A stretch of 60,958 bases of DNA, counting the filler. It is 12 parts of 12 records of this genome, joined end to end, with 100 filler letters (N's around TTAATTAATTAA, not from the genome) between each part and the next. Parts side by side here need not be neighbours in the genome. Positions count along the whole stretch, not along the records: positions 35,917 to 39,115 come from SRR15195285_6409; positions 39,216 to 46,734 come from SRR15195285_6414; positions 46,835 to 54,774 come from SRR15195285_6417; 9 more parts are not named here. One strand, 5' to 3'. The notes under the pieces are model-generated. The model had not been told where the DNA came from and searched no databases. It saw only the letters and a list, made by a program, of their open reading frames with translations. How positions within the stretch are numbered: position 1 is the first letter of the stretch; every line of letters starts with the position of its first letter. This document shows, in pieces, positions 35,817-48,322 of the stretch. Made by a program: the position numbers and the translations under genes.

Positions 35817-35916
35817 NNNNNNNNNNNNNNNNNNNNNNNNNNNNNNNNNNNNNNNNNNNNTTAATTAATTAANNNNNNNNNNNNNNNNNNNNNNNNNNNN
35901 NNNNNNNNNNNNNNNN
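35817..35916. other. Artificial contig spacer
   Basis: 44N-TTAATTAATTAA-44N. Confidence 0.98.
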
Positions 35917-35964
35917 TCACCACGAAATCACCCTCCTCGTGTGGGGAGGGTGATTTCGTGGTGA
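35917..35964. repeat. Perfect 20-bp inverted repeat (hairpin) at contig start
   Basis: TCACCACGAAATCACCCTCC-tcgtgtgg-GGAGGGTGATTTCGTGGTGA. Confidence 0.95.
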
Positions 35965-36757
35965 CTTCGGCGTAGTAGGTCGGGGCACACAGCGTAAGTT
36001 AGCCGTAGCCATCCACGGCCCATCGGTTCGACCGCACCTACCCAGTTGATTCCTAGTGGGCGGCGGCCCGTGCTTCCTCGTCCTGAGCTTCTGCTGTAGC
36101 GACGTGTGGGTGCTCAATGCTTGCACTCACTGCTCATGCACCGAAAAGCATCGCCTCCAAGCGCCCAGCCCGCGGCAGTACTCCCCAGCGCTAGCCAGCC
36201 GCGGTCAAATTTTTCAACTTTTCACCGCCCACCGCGGACACAGGGGCTGCATGCAGGCCAAATCCACAGTCTCATTCAGGTGCCCCCTGGGGGCACCTAA
36301 TTCGGGGACTCTAGCTAGCCGATACGTGTACGGCAGGATTTGACTGGGGAACCTCCCTACTAGTACTATCTCTTTGTCCCACAATTTCGCACAATGATCA
36401 TTGATCAAATGTCCGGATGTCGGTTTGGGGGTTTGCGGGGTACGTCCGTCTCGGTGACCCGCAATCCCGCGCGTGCGTGCACCAGCTGCATGCCGCGGCA
36501 CCATGCATGCAGCGCGCGGGCCGCGCGCGGCGCGCGGCGCGGCACGCGGGCGAGGCTTGAACGCGGTGCTATATAGCAGCGCCAGTAGGGCTAGCTGCTC
36601 GTGGAGGGCTCGCGTGCGCCAAGAGGGGTGGAGACAGTTGTCACCGAGACACAGTGCTGGGCCAGCGATACAAGGTGTGTGTGGCGGCAGCAGCGGCGAG
36701 GCGCTGGGTCGCTGGTGGTTCTCGAGTGTGACTGTCGCGCTAGGCGGGCGAACGCCG

Positions 36758-38318
36758 ATGGCGGCGGAAGCCAAACAAGTCGTCGAGCCCGACCCAGCCG
36801 CGTTGGTCCGTAGCTATTAATCGCACGCCTGCACGCGCACCATTAGTCGCACGCTTGCACGCGCACCATGCACAGAACCAAGCTGACAGCGTAATTGCTG
36901 CACAGTTTAAATACAACGTCGCTGACCAGACCTTCCAGAACCGCGGCCACGTGCACCCAAACGAGGACCGTGTGCTGACCTGCCCCGATGTTGGCGGGAC
37001 TGGCATAGTTCTCGCGTGTGCCATCGACGGCCACGGCGGCCACACGACGGCACAGCTGACGAAGGATAGACTTGTGGACACGCTTATCGCAACAGAGGGA
37101 TGGCAGGCCGAGCCACGCGACCTCGAGGCAGCAATCACGCAGACTTTTGCAGTGCTGGACGAGGCCGGTCGAGATGCCGGCAAGGATGGCGCCTGCTGCG
37201 TATGCGCCCTTATAGACGGCGCGAAGCTGCTGGTCGGCTGGGTCGGTGACAGCGCCGCAGCACTGCTAGAAGATGGCAAGTGTGTGTGTCTTACACGCGA
37301 TCATCATCCCGACGATCCTGCTGAACAGGCTCGCATGGAGGCGGCGGGCTGCGAGAACGCTCGCGGGCCTGATGGGAAAATGCGCTCCTATGGTATCCTT
37401 GCTGTATCGCGTGCTCTTGGCGATGCCGTGCAGAGAGGCCCGGGTTCAGCGGTGATCGCCGTGCCTGAATTCGCCCATCATAAACTGACGGTCAAGGCAG
37501 AGATGCTGGTGCTCGGTTCCGATGGTGTGTTTGAGACGCTTGGCGCCGAAAAAGTTATAGCTCTTGCACACAAGAACCGCTCGATGAGTGCCAAAGGAAT
37601 CGCGAGGAAGATCGCTCGCACCGCTACGATGGACAAGAACAACTATGATGACACCACAGCGGTGGTGGTACGGCTGCACGGCGACGAGGGAGCGATGCCC
37701 GGCCTCTGCCAGGCCGCTGAAGCCCTAGAGACGCACATGCAGATGTGGCGGACGGCTGAGCAGATAGCATTCTCGTTCCAGCTGCCACATCTAGAGGGCG
37801 GCGAGTCGATTAATCATCACGCGTTGAGCCCCGCGTCGCGGCTGCAGGACGCCGCACTGATAGCAAAGCAACGAGCCGCCATTGAGGCCCAGGAAGCCAT
37901 TGAGGCCGCGGAAGCAGATCTCATAGCGGCGCAGCACCAGGCCCTTGGCCGTGGTAGACGTCGTGCGAACAGTACTTTCGTCTCATCAATGGAGGCAGCG
38001 ACCATCAGCGAGCCGCCAACTTTGCTGGGACACGATGGAGCCCCGATTCGACACGACGCGATGCCAGCGCTGGTTGAGCAGGATGCGACGCGCGAACCGG
38101 AGCCGGAGCCAGGGCCGGAGCTGGAGCCGGAGTCGGAGCCAGAGCGAGAGTCCGAGCACGAGCCTGAAGAGCAAGGCGACGATGACCATTGGGCACCAAC
38201 CCCTTCAGACCTCGGCTTTCACCCTCCACCACATGTGGGGCATGTTCATGTCATCACGGGCGACTCAGACGTGCTGGTTGGACCTGCCGCGCCAATACCC
38301 ACGCCAGACTCGGAGTGA
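36758..38318 (+). CDS. PP2C/PPM family protein phosphatase; intron 36806-36905
   Basis: NEDR, DGHGG, WVGDS, LTRDHHP, LAVSRALGD, LGSDGV, DDTT; Glu/Pro-rich tail. Confidence 0.9.
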
Positions 38319-38446
38319 ATGAGCTCGCAGTTGGCGTATCGTATGGAGTGTGCAGAACTCCTGAAAGCAAACCTGAACCTAACAAACACAAGATTGGGCG
38401 TTCATTCTCGCTCCAAGTGGACTTTACAGCCATAGATATGCACTCA

Positions 38447-38940
38447 TTATGGAGACGTCGTCCTTTCTGCCTGCCTCACATCACTTGCCACGAGCACACC
38501 TGTGACGACTCCAGCGATTGGAAGGTGTCCCGCACAGCTCGGACTCGCATTGACAGCCACAGCATGGCCAGTGACCTGATGATGAACTGGTTGCTGCATC
38601 CGCTGCATCTGCATGGCATTTTGCTGGTCCATGGCAGCAGGCCGCAGGCTCATCCCAACGGATTGCATCTCGAGTTCCGCGTCCAACTGCCTCGCCTCGG
38701 CTCGTTTTCCACAAGCCAATGCAGCCGCCATGAACACAACAAACCCGACAGTCACCAGCACGCTGCGATGCAGCAGCGCAACGCGCGCGCATCAGCTGCT
38801 GTCAGCTGCTGTCAGCGCCACCCGAGCGGACAACTTATCAAAAGAGAACGCACGCAACGGCCATCCCGGAGTCATCCGACCGTTCTTGCACCCGTCGGTG
38901 GGCAACGGCCTTGCTGAAGTCGTCAAATCCAACCCAACAC
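38447..38940 (-). CDS. Probable 3' exons of a single-pass membrane protein
   Basis: Hydrophobic LVTVGFVVFMAAALAC followed by a Q/M-rich tail; candidate upstream exon WVGFDDFSK… ending at a GTGCGT donor. Exon structure not resolved. Confidence 0.35.
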
Positions 38941-39115
38941 ACCAGCGACGTCAGTGACACAGCCAGCACGAGCCGACCTCGACAGCAAACTGCCCAGCTG
39001 ATCCGTTCCCTGCTATCTAGAGCGTCCGACGAAACGGGAGATCTCTCCTCTCTCCCCAACACTCTCTCACACAGTGTGCTTCGTGAGCCAAATGGAGATT
39101 GACATCTGCAGCGAC

Positions 39116-39215
39116 NNNNNNNNNNNNNNNNNNNNNNNNNNNNNNNNNNNNNNNNNNNNTTAATTAATTAANNNNNNNNNNNNNNNNNNNNNNNNNNNNN
39201 NNNNNNNNNNNNNNN
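39116..39215. other. Artificial contig spacer
   Basis: 44N-TTAATTAATTAA-44N. Confidence 0.98.
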
Positions 39216-39309
39216 TCGTCCGTGCGCCCGCGGGCCGGCCACGCCACCGCTCCGGCGTCGCCCGATGCCCTGTCGGCGCGTCACGGCGCGCCCCTTGTAG
39301 TAGGCATCG

Positions 39310-42079
39310 ATGGCACTGGTGCATCGCTTCACGTTGCTAATCGTGTCAGTCCGCATGGCTCGCGCCGCCCACGAGTTGCAGGGCCTGACGCTGGAGCGCT
39401 ACAATAATTCGCAGGCACTCGGCGCTCCTGACAGCATCAGCACCACCGCCGGCAACGGCGCGAACGTGCGGCTCGAGCACCCGGACGGCGCGCTATCGCT
39501 GCGGCTCCAGGGCACCTGGACGCCGCACAGCGGTGGGAACTTCGTGCTGCACTGTGGATGCCACAGCGATGACCACCTGTTTCTTTGGGTCGATGACCAC
39601 ATGATGTGCGACACGCAGAGCTGGACAGGCTGGCAGGGGCCAGCACGCGGTCCCGCCTCTATCCCGCTGGCCGCTAACAAGCCAGTCTATCTGCGTGCCC
39701 ACCTTCACCGCGCTCGAGACCGTCCACTCGTTCCAGTCACGGTGAATATTTCGCTGAACGTCTCAGGCGAGCTGCGGCCGATCCCGCCCAGCGAGCTCAG
39801 CCCGGTCGTGCCGTCGCTGCAGAGAAAGCGCATGGAGATGCAGCGCGGCCTGCTCACTGGCTGGAACAGTTGGTGGTCCACGATCGGCGCGAAGGCAGGC
39901 TTCAGAGGTGGCATGCTCGCGGTAGCGCTTTTGCCGGAAAGCTTCGCCTTGACGATGGTGCTCTGCCAGCTCTCCAGTGGTACGTGCCTTAGCGAGTCTA
40001 CAGTGGCAGGGACGCTGACGGGTCCACACCGTGTCCGACCGGGCATCAAGAGCGTAGACGGCAGCTACGCGGAGCTTTGGGCGCCAGCACCGGGGGGGCT
40101 GAACGTCTCGTTACAATGGAGTGCAATCGTTCAAAAGGGAGAGGACAGCATTGCACTGCTAATAAGGCCACTACCGAACAGCACCCAACCTGGGCTCAAC
40201 CTCTCGGACTGGGCATTGGCGGTGACAGGACGATTCATCTGCTGGAACGGCGAGCAGGGGCTATGCTCTGCGGGTAGCGTCTCGGCCAATGTCACTGCGG
40301 TCACCGGTCGGGCAGTTGGGTTGCGCTCCGTGACTGCAACTGGTAGCAGCACCCCGATCAACCCAGTAGGCCTCAATATCTCGATGGACGAGCACGTGCA
40401 CCCAGCGGTGATTTACTCGCTAGCGCAACCGGTTGCAATTTGCGCATCCACCTCCGCCACTGCCTCTGCATGCCTGCTGCACGATGTGTCCAAACACATG
40501 ACTAGCGTACGCGCGGCTGAAATTGCGACATACGCCAAGCGTGGTGTGGGGTTGGCCCAGAGCGTGGAGGCGATGCAAGCCGTCTTGATGTGGAATGTAA
40601 TTTGGAACCCGTCGGAGTCCGGTCCTTGGGCAAACGTCGACCGTGGCTGGGGACAACCGTACTGTATGTTCGACTGGGATAATTTGTTTGCGAGCTACAT
40701 GCTCAGCCTCGACGCGAAGGAGCTCGCGGTTTCGAATCTAATTCAGATTATCAAAGCTCGAGTGATGGATGGGTTTGTTCCCGGCTACTCAAAAGGCATT
40801 GAGAAGACACGCGACAAGACCGAGCCGCCAATCGGTTCCAAGGTCGTGCACGAAATCTACAAGAGGCACGGCAACGATGTGCTGTGGGTAGTGGAGTTGC
40901 TCTTCAACGATCTACTTGGCTGGCATGAGTGGTTCATTCGGCGGCGAACACTGCAACCGCTTGGACTGATCTGCCTTGGATCGGACCCGATCAACGTCTC
41001 CAGTGGATATGGTGACAGTAGCGTCGATCCAAATGACTGGAACGTCAATCAGATGCAGGGAGCGCGCTATGAATCCGGCCAGGACAACAGCCCACTTTAT
41101 GACGAAGGCCTGGTGCCTCTGTTCAACAACTATACGCACCACATGGAGATTTACGACGTGGGATTCAGCTCGATGTTTGTTATGGAGGCGCGTGCACTGG
41201 CTGATCTCGCCGCGTTGCTACCCAATCGCACGACAGAGCGGTGCGTCTGATGATTCTAACCCTAGCTGTGGTGCCCTACTGCTTAGTGGTCTGTGGATTT
41301 CATTTTGAGTCGCATCGGATTTTGTTGCGTAGGAGGACTCTGCTGCAGCGAGCGGACGCCATGGAGCAACTGATGAATGAATATCTTTGGGACTCCACGC
41401 GCGGGATCTTTGCAAATCGCGTGAAGCACAACGACTCGCTATCGCAGAAGATTGGCCCGACGAGCTTCTACCCCATGCAAGGGGGTTCAGCTTCGGTCGC
41501 ACAGGTACGTCTCCTGGTAGAGTTCAACTGGGTTGCGTGCGCCGCGATTCTGTCCGACAGAGCGTGACATATTGTGTACTGCAACAGGCGGAGGTAATGG
41601 TCACACGGTGGTTGAGCAATCGCAGCCGATTTTGCGTGAGCCCGGAGTGGCCGTTCGCCGGTCAAGACCCTGTGCGGACGGGCATGAATGATACGGACAT
41701 CTCGTGCTTTTGGGGTCTTCCAAGCATTAGCGCGGACGATGAATCATACTGTGATGGGAACAATGGCCATTGTGGCTACTGGCGCGGGCACACGTGGGGA
41801 CCATTGTCCATGTTGACGTACTGGGGCTTGAGCGATCCAGCTTACCAGAACTCCACCATCGTGAGCACCGCGCGCAAGGCGTTGGTGCGACAAATGCGCG
41901 AGATGTTGGGCGCGGTTTGGCGCGAGAGCCACCACGTCTGCGAGAACTATTCGCCATGGAAGCAGGACGTGCCAGCGTGCACGGGCGATCCTTTCTATCA
42001 CTGGGGTGGTCTGAACGCATTAATGAGTGTTTTGGAGTTGGAGTTGGAGTTGGAGACGGAACAACAACTTCTCGAGTGA
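39310..42079 (+). CDS. Secreted PA14 + (alpha/alpha)6 glycoside hydrolase, GH63/MGH1-like; introns 41241-41332, 41505-41587
   Basis: PA14-like SLRLQG…SDDHLFLWVDD; MFDWDNLF, DKTEPP, YESGQDNSP, YWRGHTW, VCENYSP, FYHWG. Confidence 0.8.
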
Positions 42080-42707
42080 TTGCGCTTTGTATTAGATACA
42101 ACTGGCACACCGAGACAACTATGTTGATGTGGTGAGACGCCTGCCGTTACTCTCATAGAATGACGACCAGCGTTAGCCCGGGCGTATCATTATGAGGGTG
42201 ACAGCACCAATGTTGAGCATAAGGGCGGGCCCTTGCGCGAGAGCTAAAGGAGCTTCCAGGATTTGATAATCGATAGCCACACATTTTCGTCACCACATTG
42301 GCCGGCGCCAGCCCCAGCATCACGACAGCCGTTGCATGATGCTACATTTCGTGGTTGGTTGAGAAGTTTTCTTCTCGTTGTGAGCTAGATGACAACTGTG
42401 TCCAGATGTTCACAACGAGCCGCACTATGTTAGAATGAATACGGATTTGATGGGAATACCATTTTTCATTTAATCACTCTCTTCCTGCTTCCGTTTGCGG
42501 CGCACCCTTGCCTCTTTACTCTTCCTATAGCCATGTACAAGTCGGGTGTGCCTTGACCGGTAGCAATCTGCCACGCCCTTTGCTGCTCACGCCGGACGCA
42601 AGGAAGAGGATGCACATAGATACGAACATATGGAGATGACCTCGATACAAAAAAGCTCGTAGGGGAGCTGAGAACGCATGACGTGCACTTGCTGTAATTG
42701 GCTCGCG

Positions 42708-45700
42708 CTACGTGAAGTTGTGCTGCGTCACGTGAGGCTGTGGTTGGCTCGCGCCAGCAGTCCCTCCAACCAGTGCTGCCTTCGCATCGTTGATGCTCTT
42801 GATCCACTCGAGCGTCTCTTCTGCCGTGACACAGCGGAGGTGGAGGTTCCGCTCCGCCGTTCCGATGCGAAAGCAGTTCGGATCGTCCTGCACCGGAAGG
42901 ACCTCCGTGATCGTGCTGCGGCAGCAATAACCGTCGCATGGTTAACAGACGGTGTGCCCTCACGTACGGAGCACCGTAGTACATGCAGTTGCGGCTGCAT
43001 GGTCTGTGGGACGCGCCCAAGCCAGCAATTGCTACACTCACCGCAACGAAATGAGTCCTTTGAAAACACTGCCACGATAGTTTCGGCCACAGACGTCATA
43101 ATATGACAAGAATTTGTCTTGCAACACGAAAAAACGATGGTTCCAGTCGCTGCTGATGTAACCACCCGTTTTGATACGGAAAAACCCCTGCCGCTCTTTC
43201 AGCTTCTTTAGCGCACCTTGCCGCCGAGGCAACAGGGCTTGCAGGTGGCGAAGCCAATCGCCTGAGCGTCGAGCAAAAAGCACAGCACGCAACTGTAGCC
43301 ACAAGTGTGCATCGCATTGCCACACTGCTCTACGCCAGACAAAATGGAGACGTACCTAGCTCCTCTGGTGTCTCGGCCTCAAGCATGATCACCCGAGTGC
43401 CTACGTCGATCTGCATGTTCGTGCCTTTTTTTCCGTGGAGAACTATTTGTTCTATTCGGGCCATCGATATTCCTCCGCGCATCTCTGACCGGAGGTCGGT
43501 CTTGTAGCGATACCTAGATTCGCCATCCGGCACACGGCCATGATTTTAGAGCCTGTTATACCGGTAGCAGAACCACCTTGCCACGAAACGCATGTGCTGC
43601 AGCTACAAAGCACAACTCACCAAGAGAGCGAATGCTTGTCTAGAACAAACCAACGCGCCTGCCAACCCTTGAAAATCGACGGACTCTTCTTCTTCAGTAC
43701 GCCCTGGATTATAATCGGTTCCAGTCCGACCTCATGACCCAGCCCCAGGTCCTGAAAAACCACCCCACCTAGCTTTGCCACGCTAATATCACCAGCTTTT
43801 CCACGCGCACCACCGCCGCCAGTCGAACCACCAAACGTGTCTGAGTCGTGTGCGAGATCAAACTCTTGTTCCTTCTTGAGCAGCGCCACCTCGCGCATCC
43901 GCGCGACAATTTTTGGGTATTGGGTTTGCAGCAACTGAAAATTTTGAGCCTCGAGCATGAAGACTGTGCAGTCGGTTGTCGTGACTATACTCTTGCTCTG
44001 TGGTTCACGCAAAATTACGGCGGTATCGCCGACCAAGTCTCCTGCACCGACGGTGCCGATAACCTTGCGGTCATCGATCTCGGACACTATCTCTGCGCTA
44101 CCCTCCACTATGACTGCCATTTCTTTGCCACGATCCCCCTCGCGCAGTAGAGTTGTTTGCGCACCAACGTACTTGCACGTCATCATGGACACCAATCGAT
44201 CTAAAAAGTCGCCAGGGGCATCTCGCATCACTGCCACAAGCAAACATCACCAGTGGTGAGCAAAAGGCTCACATGTCAGAAAGCGCATCACTAGCAAGTG
44301 GCTGCGTACTCGGCATCCATTGAAGCTTTTCTCGTAGCTCCTTCACAGCCATCTGTGCGTCCTGCGCCGTGCGCAAGCCACGTATCGGCTGACCCGTGCT
44401 AGTAGTCATCCCGCCATGTTGCTGACCACCACCAGCGGTACCGATCGCCGCTCCGGCACCTCCGATCGAAATTGACAGGCCACCACCGCCGCTGTTGGCT
44501 CCTGCTGCTACTGATGATTGCAGTGATTGTCCACCATTGCCCCCAAGTGCCGTAGCACCGCTTGACATCCCGACACCATCCATCATGCCACCCATCATGC
44601 CACCCATCATTGGCATCGCACCCATTCCGACAGCATTTGCACCGGCACCGCCTCGAGGATCACCCATCGCAGCTTGCTGCATCTGGAGCATCACCTTCTT
44701 GGTCTGTTCGTGGGTTAGAAGTATCAGATCCTCGATGAAACCAGTCCTGATCGACATAGAGTTGTGCTTCACAGCCTCAAAACTCTGCGGGTACTTCTTG
44801 AATGCCGCGTCTAAGTCGCCGTTAGTCAGCACAAGAGCTCTGGCCTTGCCGACAGTTACGATATCCCCCTCCTGTCCCTGAGTTAGGGTCTCTGTTACTG
44901 ACAACAACTTGCTCTTGATCCCAAGCAGGCAGGCACCTTCAGTAAGCGTACGTATGCCAAGACCGTTCCGATCAAGCAGCTCGGCCTTGCCCTCCTCAAT
45001 GCAAAACAAAGCTTCCATGGCGTCAACATCCTTGTTAGAGACTGTCACGCCTCCAACCGCTTTCTTTTGTCCCCCCTTCCCAGATCCCGACCTGCCTGTG
45101 ATCGTTTCATTACTCTTATACTTCTTGTTCTGCATCGTAGCGACCAGGTCTTTCAGAAAAATCGCCTGCGTCCCGAAGAATATCTGCAGTCCCTCCAGCA
45201 TTTTCAACGTCCGCATCGTGTCAGTTTCTTCCTCAGTCATCTTCAGCACAGGCGCTGGAGGTGGCGCGCCCGGGGTTTCTCCCTCGCCATCTCCCTTTTG
45301 TTTCTTCTTCTTGTTCTTGTTTTTGCCTTTCTCCTTAGTCTTCTTCTCCTTTTCAGTCTTAGCCTCTGTTGCGAATGACCATGCGCTCAATTCTCCATCG
45401 CTGCTCACGGTTCTCATCTTTATCTGGTGGAATTTGGTATCAGCTGGGAGTTCACGCAGCGTGAACAATGTCTCGCTCGACCCTGTGCGCTCCAGGACAG
45501 TTTCTCCGCTGCCCTTCTTCTCCTTGACTGAGTACGAGATCTCATACTCTGCTATTTCCTGTGCTGTCCTTGGAGCTGTCCACGTCAGCGTAAACGACGT
45601 TGCTGTGGGTTCTGACACCTCAATCCCCGTTGGCGGGGGTATCTTGGCTTGCTTCTTACCTGCACGCTCGCCAGCCGTCTCAACTTCACCATCGTGTACC

Positions 45701-46734
45701 AGCTCCACATACGTTCTTGGCAGAAGGCCGACGGCCCCAGAAGCGGTCTTGCCTTCCCACCAGTCCCTACCCGCCTCGACTTGCTTGCGCAAGATGGTAA
45801 TCTCGTCGCCTTTGTTGAACTGCAACAGGCGTCCGTCCCCTTCCTGCCCCGCGTAGTCGTACAACGCTTTGTACACCTGCCCGCCGGGAGTGGACGATCC
45901 AGTGATCATCTGCCCTTTTCTTTGTTCCCCCTGCATTATGATAGTGGTCTTAATGGCTGGGTACTGCTCCAGGATGGCATGCAGATCTGTCGCAGCGAGG
46001 CGAAACGCACTCGTGGGCTGCTTCGCCCGCACTGAGGCAAGGCGTGTCTCACGAAACAGCACCGCCACCTCGCCGAAGAACTCGCCCGTCCGCAGTGATG
46101 CAATTACTGAATTGGTCTTTGTACTGATCATCTCTACGGCACCCTCGGCAATGAAGTACATCGAGTCGCCGACCTCGCCTTCGGTCACTATCCACGCGCC
46201 CTGTGGGAAAAAGTCTGAAGTAAGCCTGACCTGCAAGTCTTCAACCATGCGGGGTGGCATAGACTGAAACAGCGGCACTGCTTTGATGAAGTCCCGCTTG
46301 TTCATCCCCTTGCGTGGGGCCCCGTCGCCTACACCCTGTTCACCGCGTTGTTGCTGGTAGTACTGGTGCAGCCGGCTCGAGGCACCAGGGAACTGCTCCA
46401 CGGCCTCGTGGACATCCCGCCCGGTCACAACCAGCGCGACGACAGCCGCAACTGCTCGGCAGTTGCAGGACGCCCGCTGCCCTATCAGCGTCTCTTCGCC
46501 CACGATGGTCCGGGCACCGACCGCACCTAGCACCTGTCCGCTCGCGTCGACTCGCTGCGCGTGGCCGTCCAAGATGATCACGATCCCCTCGCCGCTGGAG
46601 GCCATCGTCTGCAGCATCTCGCCCGGCTGGAGCTGCGCGACGCGAGAACGTTGCTTGACGATGAGCTCGAGCATCGCCGGTGGCGAGCCCTCGAACATGG
46701 CGCTGGCCCGTATCGCCTCCATGCCAATCTGCAG
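42708..46734 (-). CDS. Multi-exon cyclic-nucleotide-binding scaffold: CNB-CNB-SH3-FN3-CNB(degenerate)-CNB-PH-PH, 5'-truncated
   Basis: CNB EGEVGDSMYFI…FFGEVA…RLASVRA; SH3 ALYDY…WWEG…GLLPRTYV; FN3; PH QGVLKK…WQARWFVL and WNHRFFVL…EWIKSI. Five ORF pieces are joined by GT-AG introns; stop at 42708. Confidence 0.8.
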
Positions 46735-46834
46735 NNNNNNNNNNNNNNNNNNNNNNNNNNNNNNNNNNNNNNNNNNNNTTAATTAATTAANNNNNNNNNN
46801 NNNNNNNNNNNNNNNNNNNNNNNNNNNNNNNNNN
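46735..46834. other. Artificial contig spacer
   Basis: 44N-TTAATTAATTAA-44N. Confidence 0.98.
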
Positions 46835-48322
46835 CAGTCAGTCCTTCGCATCTGGCCCTGATCCGGATGCAAGTATGAGTCTTACCTTAAGGTAAGGTAT
46901 TGCGTACTGTACATGTTGTACCAGGTACTAGTACATGTCCTGACCTTCCAGCAGGTAGAGGAGCTATACCCACGCAACACGTGGGGCGAGTACGTCCTGT
47001 GTAAGAACAAGAACACCTGTGTAGACGCCAAGAAGACCAACACCAATGTCGTGCGCTACGCCGGGAGCAGATGTGGCAGAGGAGCCGCGACTACATCAGG
47101 CGCAGGCGGGAGGAGGAGAGGCGCGGCACGAAGCAGCAGCAGGCGCAGGAGATGGCGAAGCCGATGAGCTTTACGCTGAAGATGTGATTTTAGTTGGAAG
47201 TTTGTTCATTGTCAGTCAACCTGTTACGGTCTTGATACAATGTGTCAGTCCTTGACCACAATAACCGGAAACCAACCTAACCGGCTCGAGTTCTTCGCTG
47301 ACCTACATTAAATGCCGTGCTCTCGGGCACGTACTTTAATGAGGCCGCTAGGAAATGCTCTTATATAACTTAATTTGTAGCTTGAAGGCTCACTTGTTGT
47401 GACGAGCCATTTTTGTCTAACTAATGACGCCACCGTCGCCACCACCACCACCGTCGCCATTGCCATCACCGTATTGTCACCTTGCCACCACCCTTTTGTC
47501 GCGTTCTCGCTCGCCGGATAGTATGATCCTACCCTAACACTCGCTGTCACCGGCGGCTACCTTAGGATAGCGAAACCTATCCCTGTCTACACGTACGTAC
47601 TAATGTATACTACGGTAATACGTCCTTGCAAGTATGTACCTGCAGTACGGTACGGTATCCTAACTATGAGTTCTCAGGATTGCACTGAGACACTCATAGA
47701 CCTAAGTATCATGTCCTAACTCTCTCACATGGTTAGACGAATCCCTAGCGATTTCAAGTGTAGTATCACATACGAATGCATTGGTACTCCCTGGTCAGAT
47801 GCTTTAGAATGGTTTAGAATGCAACGTCAACGTTCATTATGTTCCCCTCTCGCTGTGACCAATTATTTTGACAGTCTCAATCTTCTGCCTCGGCCTCCTC
47901 TGCCTCAGCGTATATCTCCGACTTGTCCACGGAGGGCCCACTGGCATTCAACCACCACAGACCCTATCACACGCAACACGTGACGGAGTACTAGTAGATC
48001 ACATTTGACCACCGCGGGGCTGGCCCGTGCTGAAGGGCTGAATTTACTGTAAGCTTCCTTACATTTTTGCAAGCTTTCTTACTGGTGCAGTAAGAGTCCC
48101 GAGGCACTAGCTAGGCTGACTGGAAGGTGAGAATTCGAATGCCTTCAGGTGCGTCGTATATCGTGTGTGCACATGACAAATGGACTGGCAACGCGCGCTC
48201 GCGCGCGAGCTGCGGTGCAAGTTGTCGCACAGACTCGAAAGTGGAAGAGGGGGAGGGGTACTAGTGCACAACGCGTTGCATTGATCGGTGACGGAAAGTC
48301 CCAGCACTGCCTTGAAGGCAGA

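Noticed and set aside
47270-47720. Telomere-like CCTAA words
   Set aside because: Scattered single copies, no tandem array.
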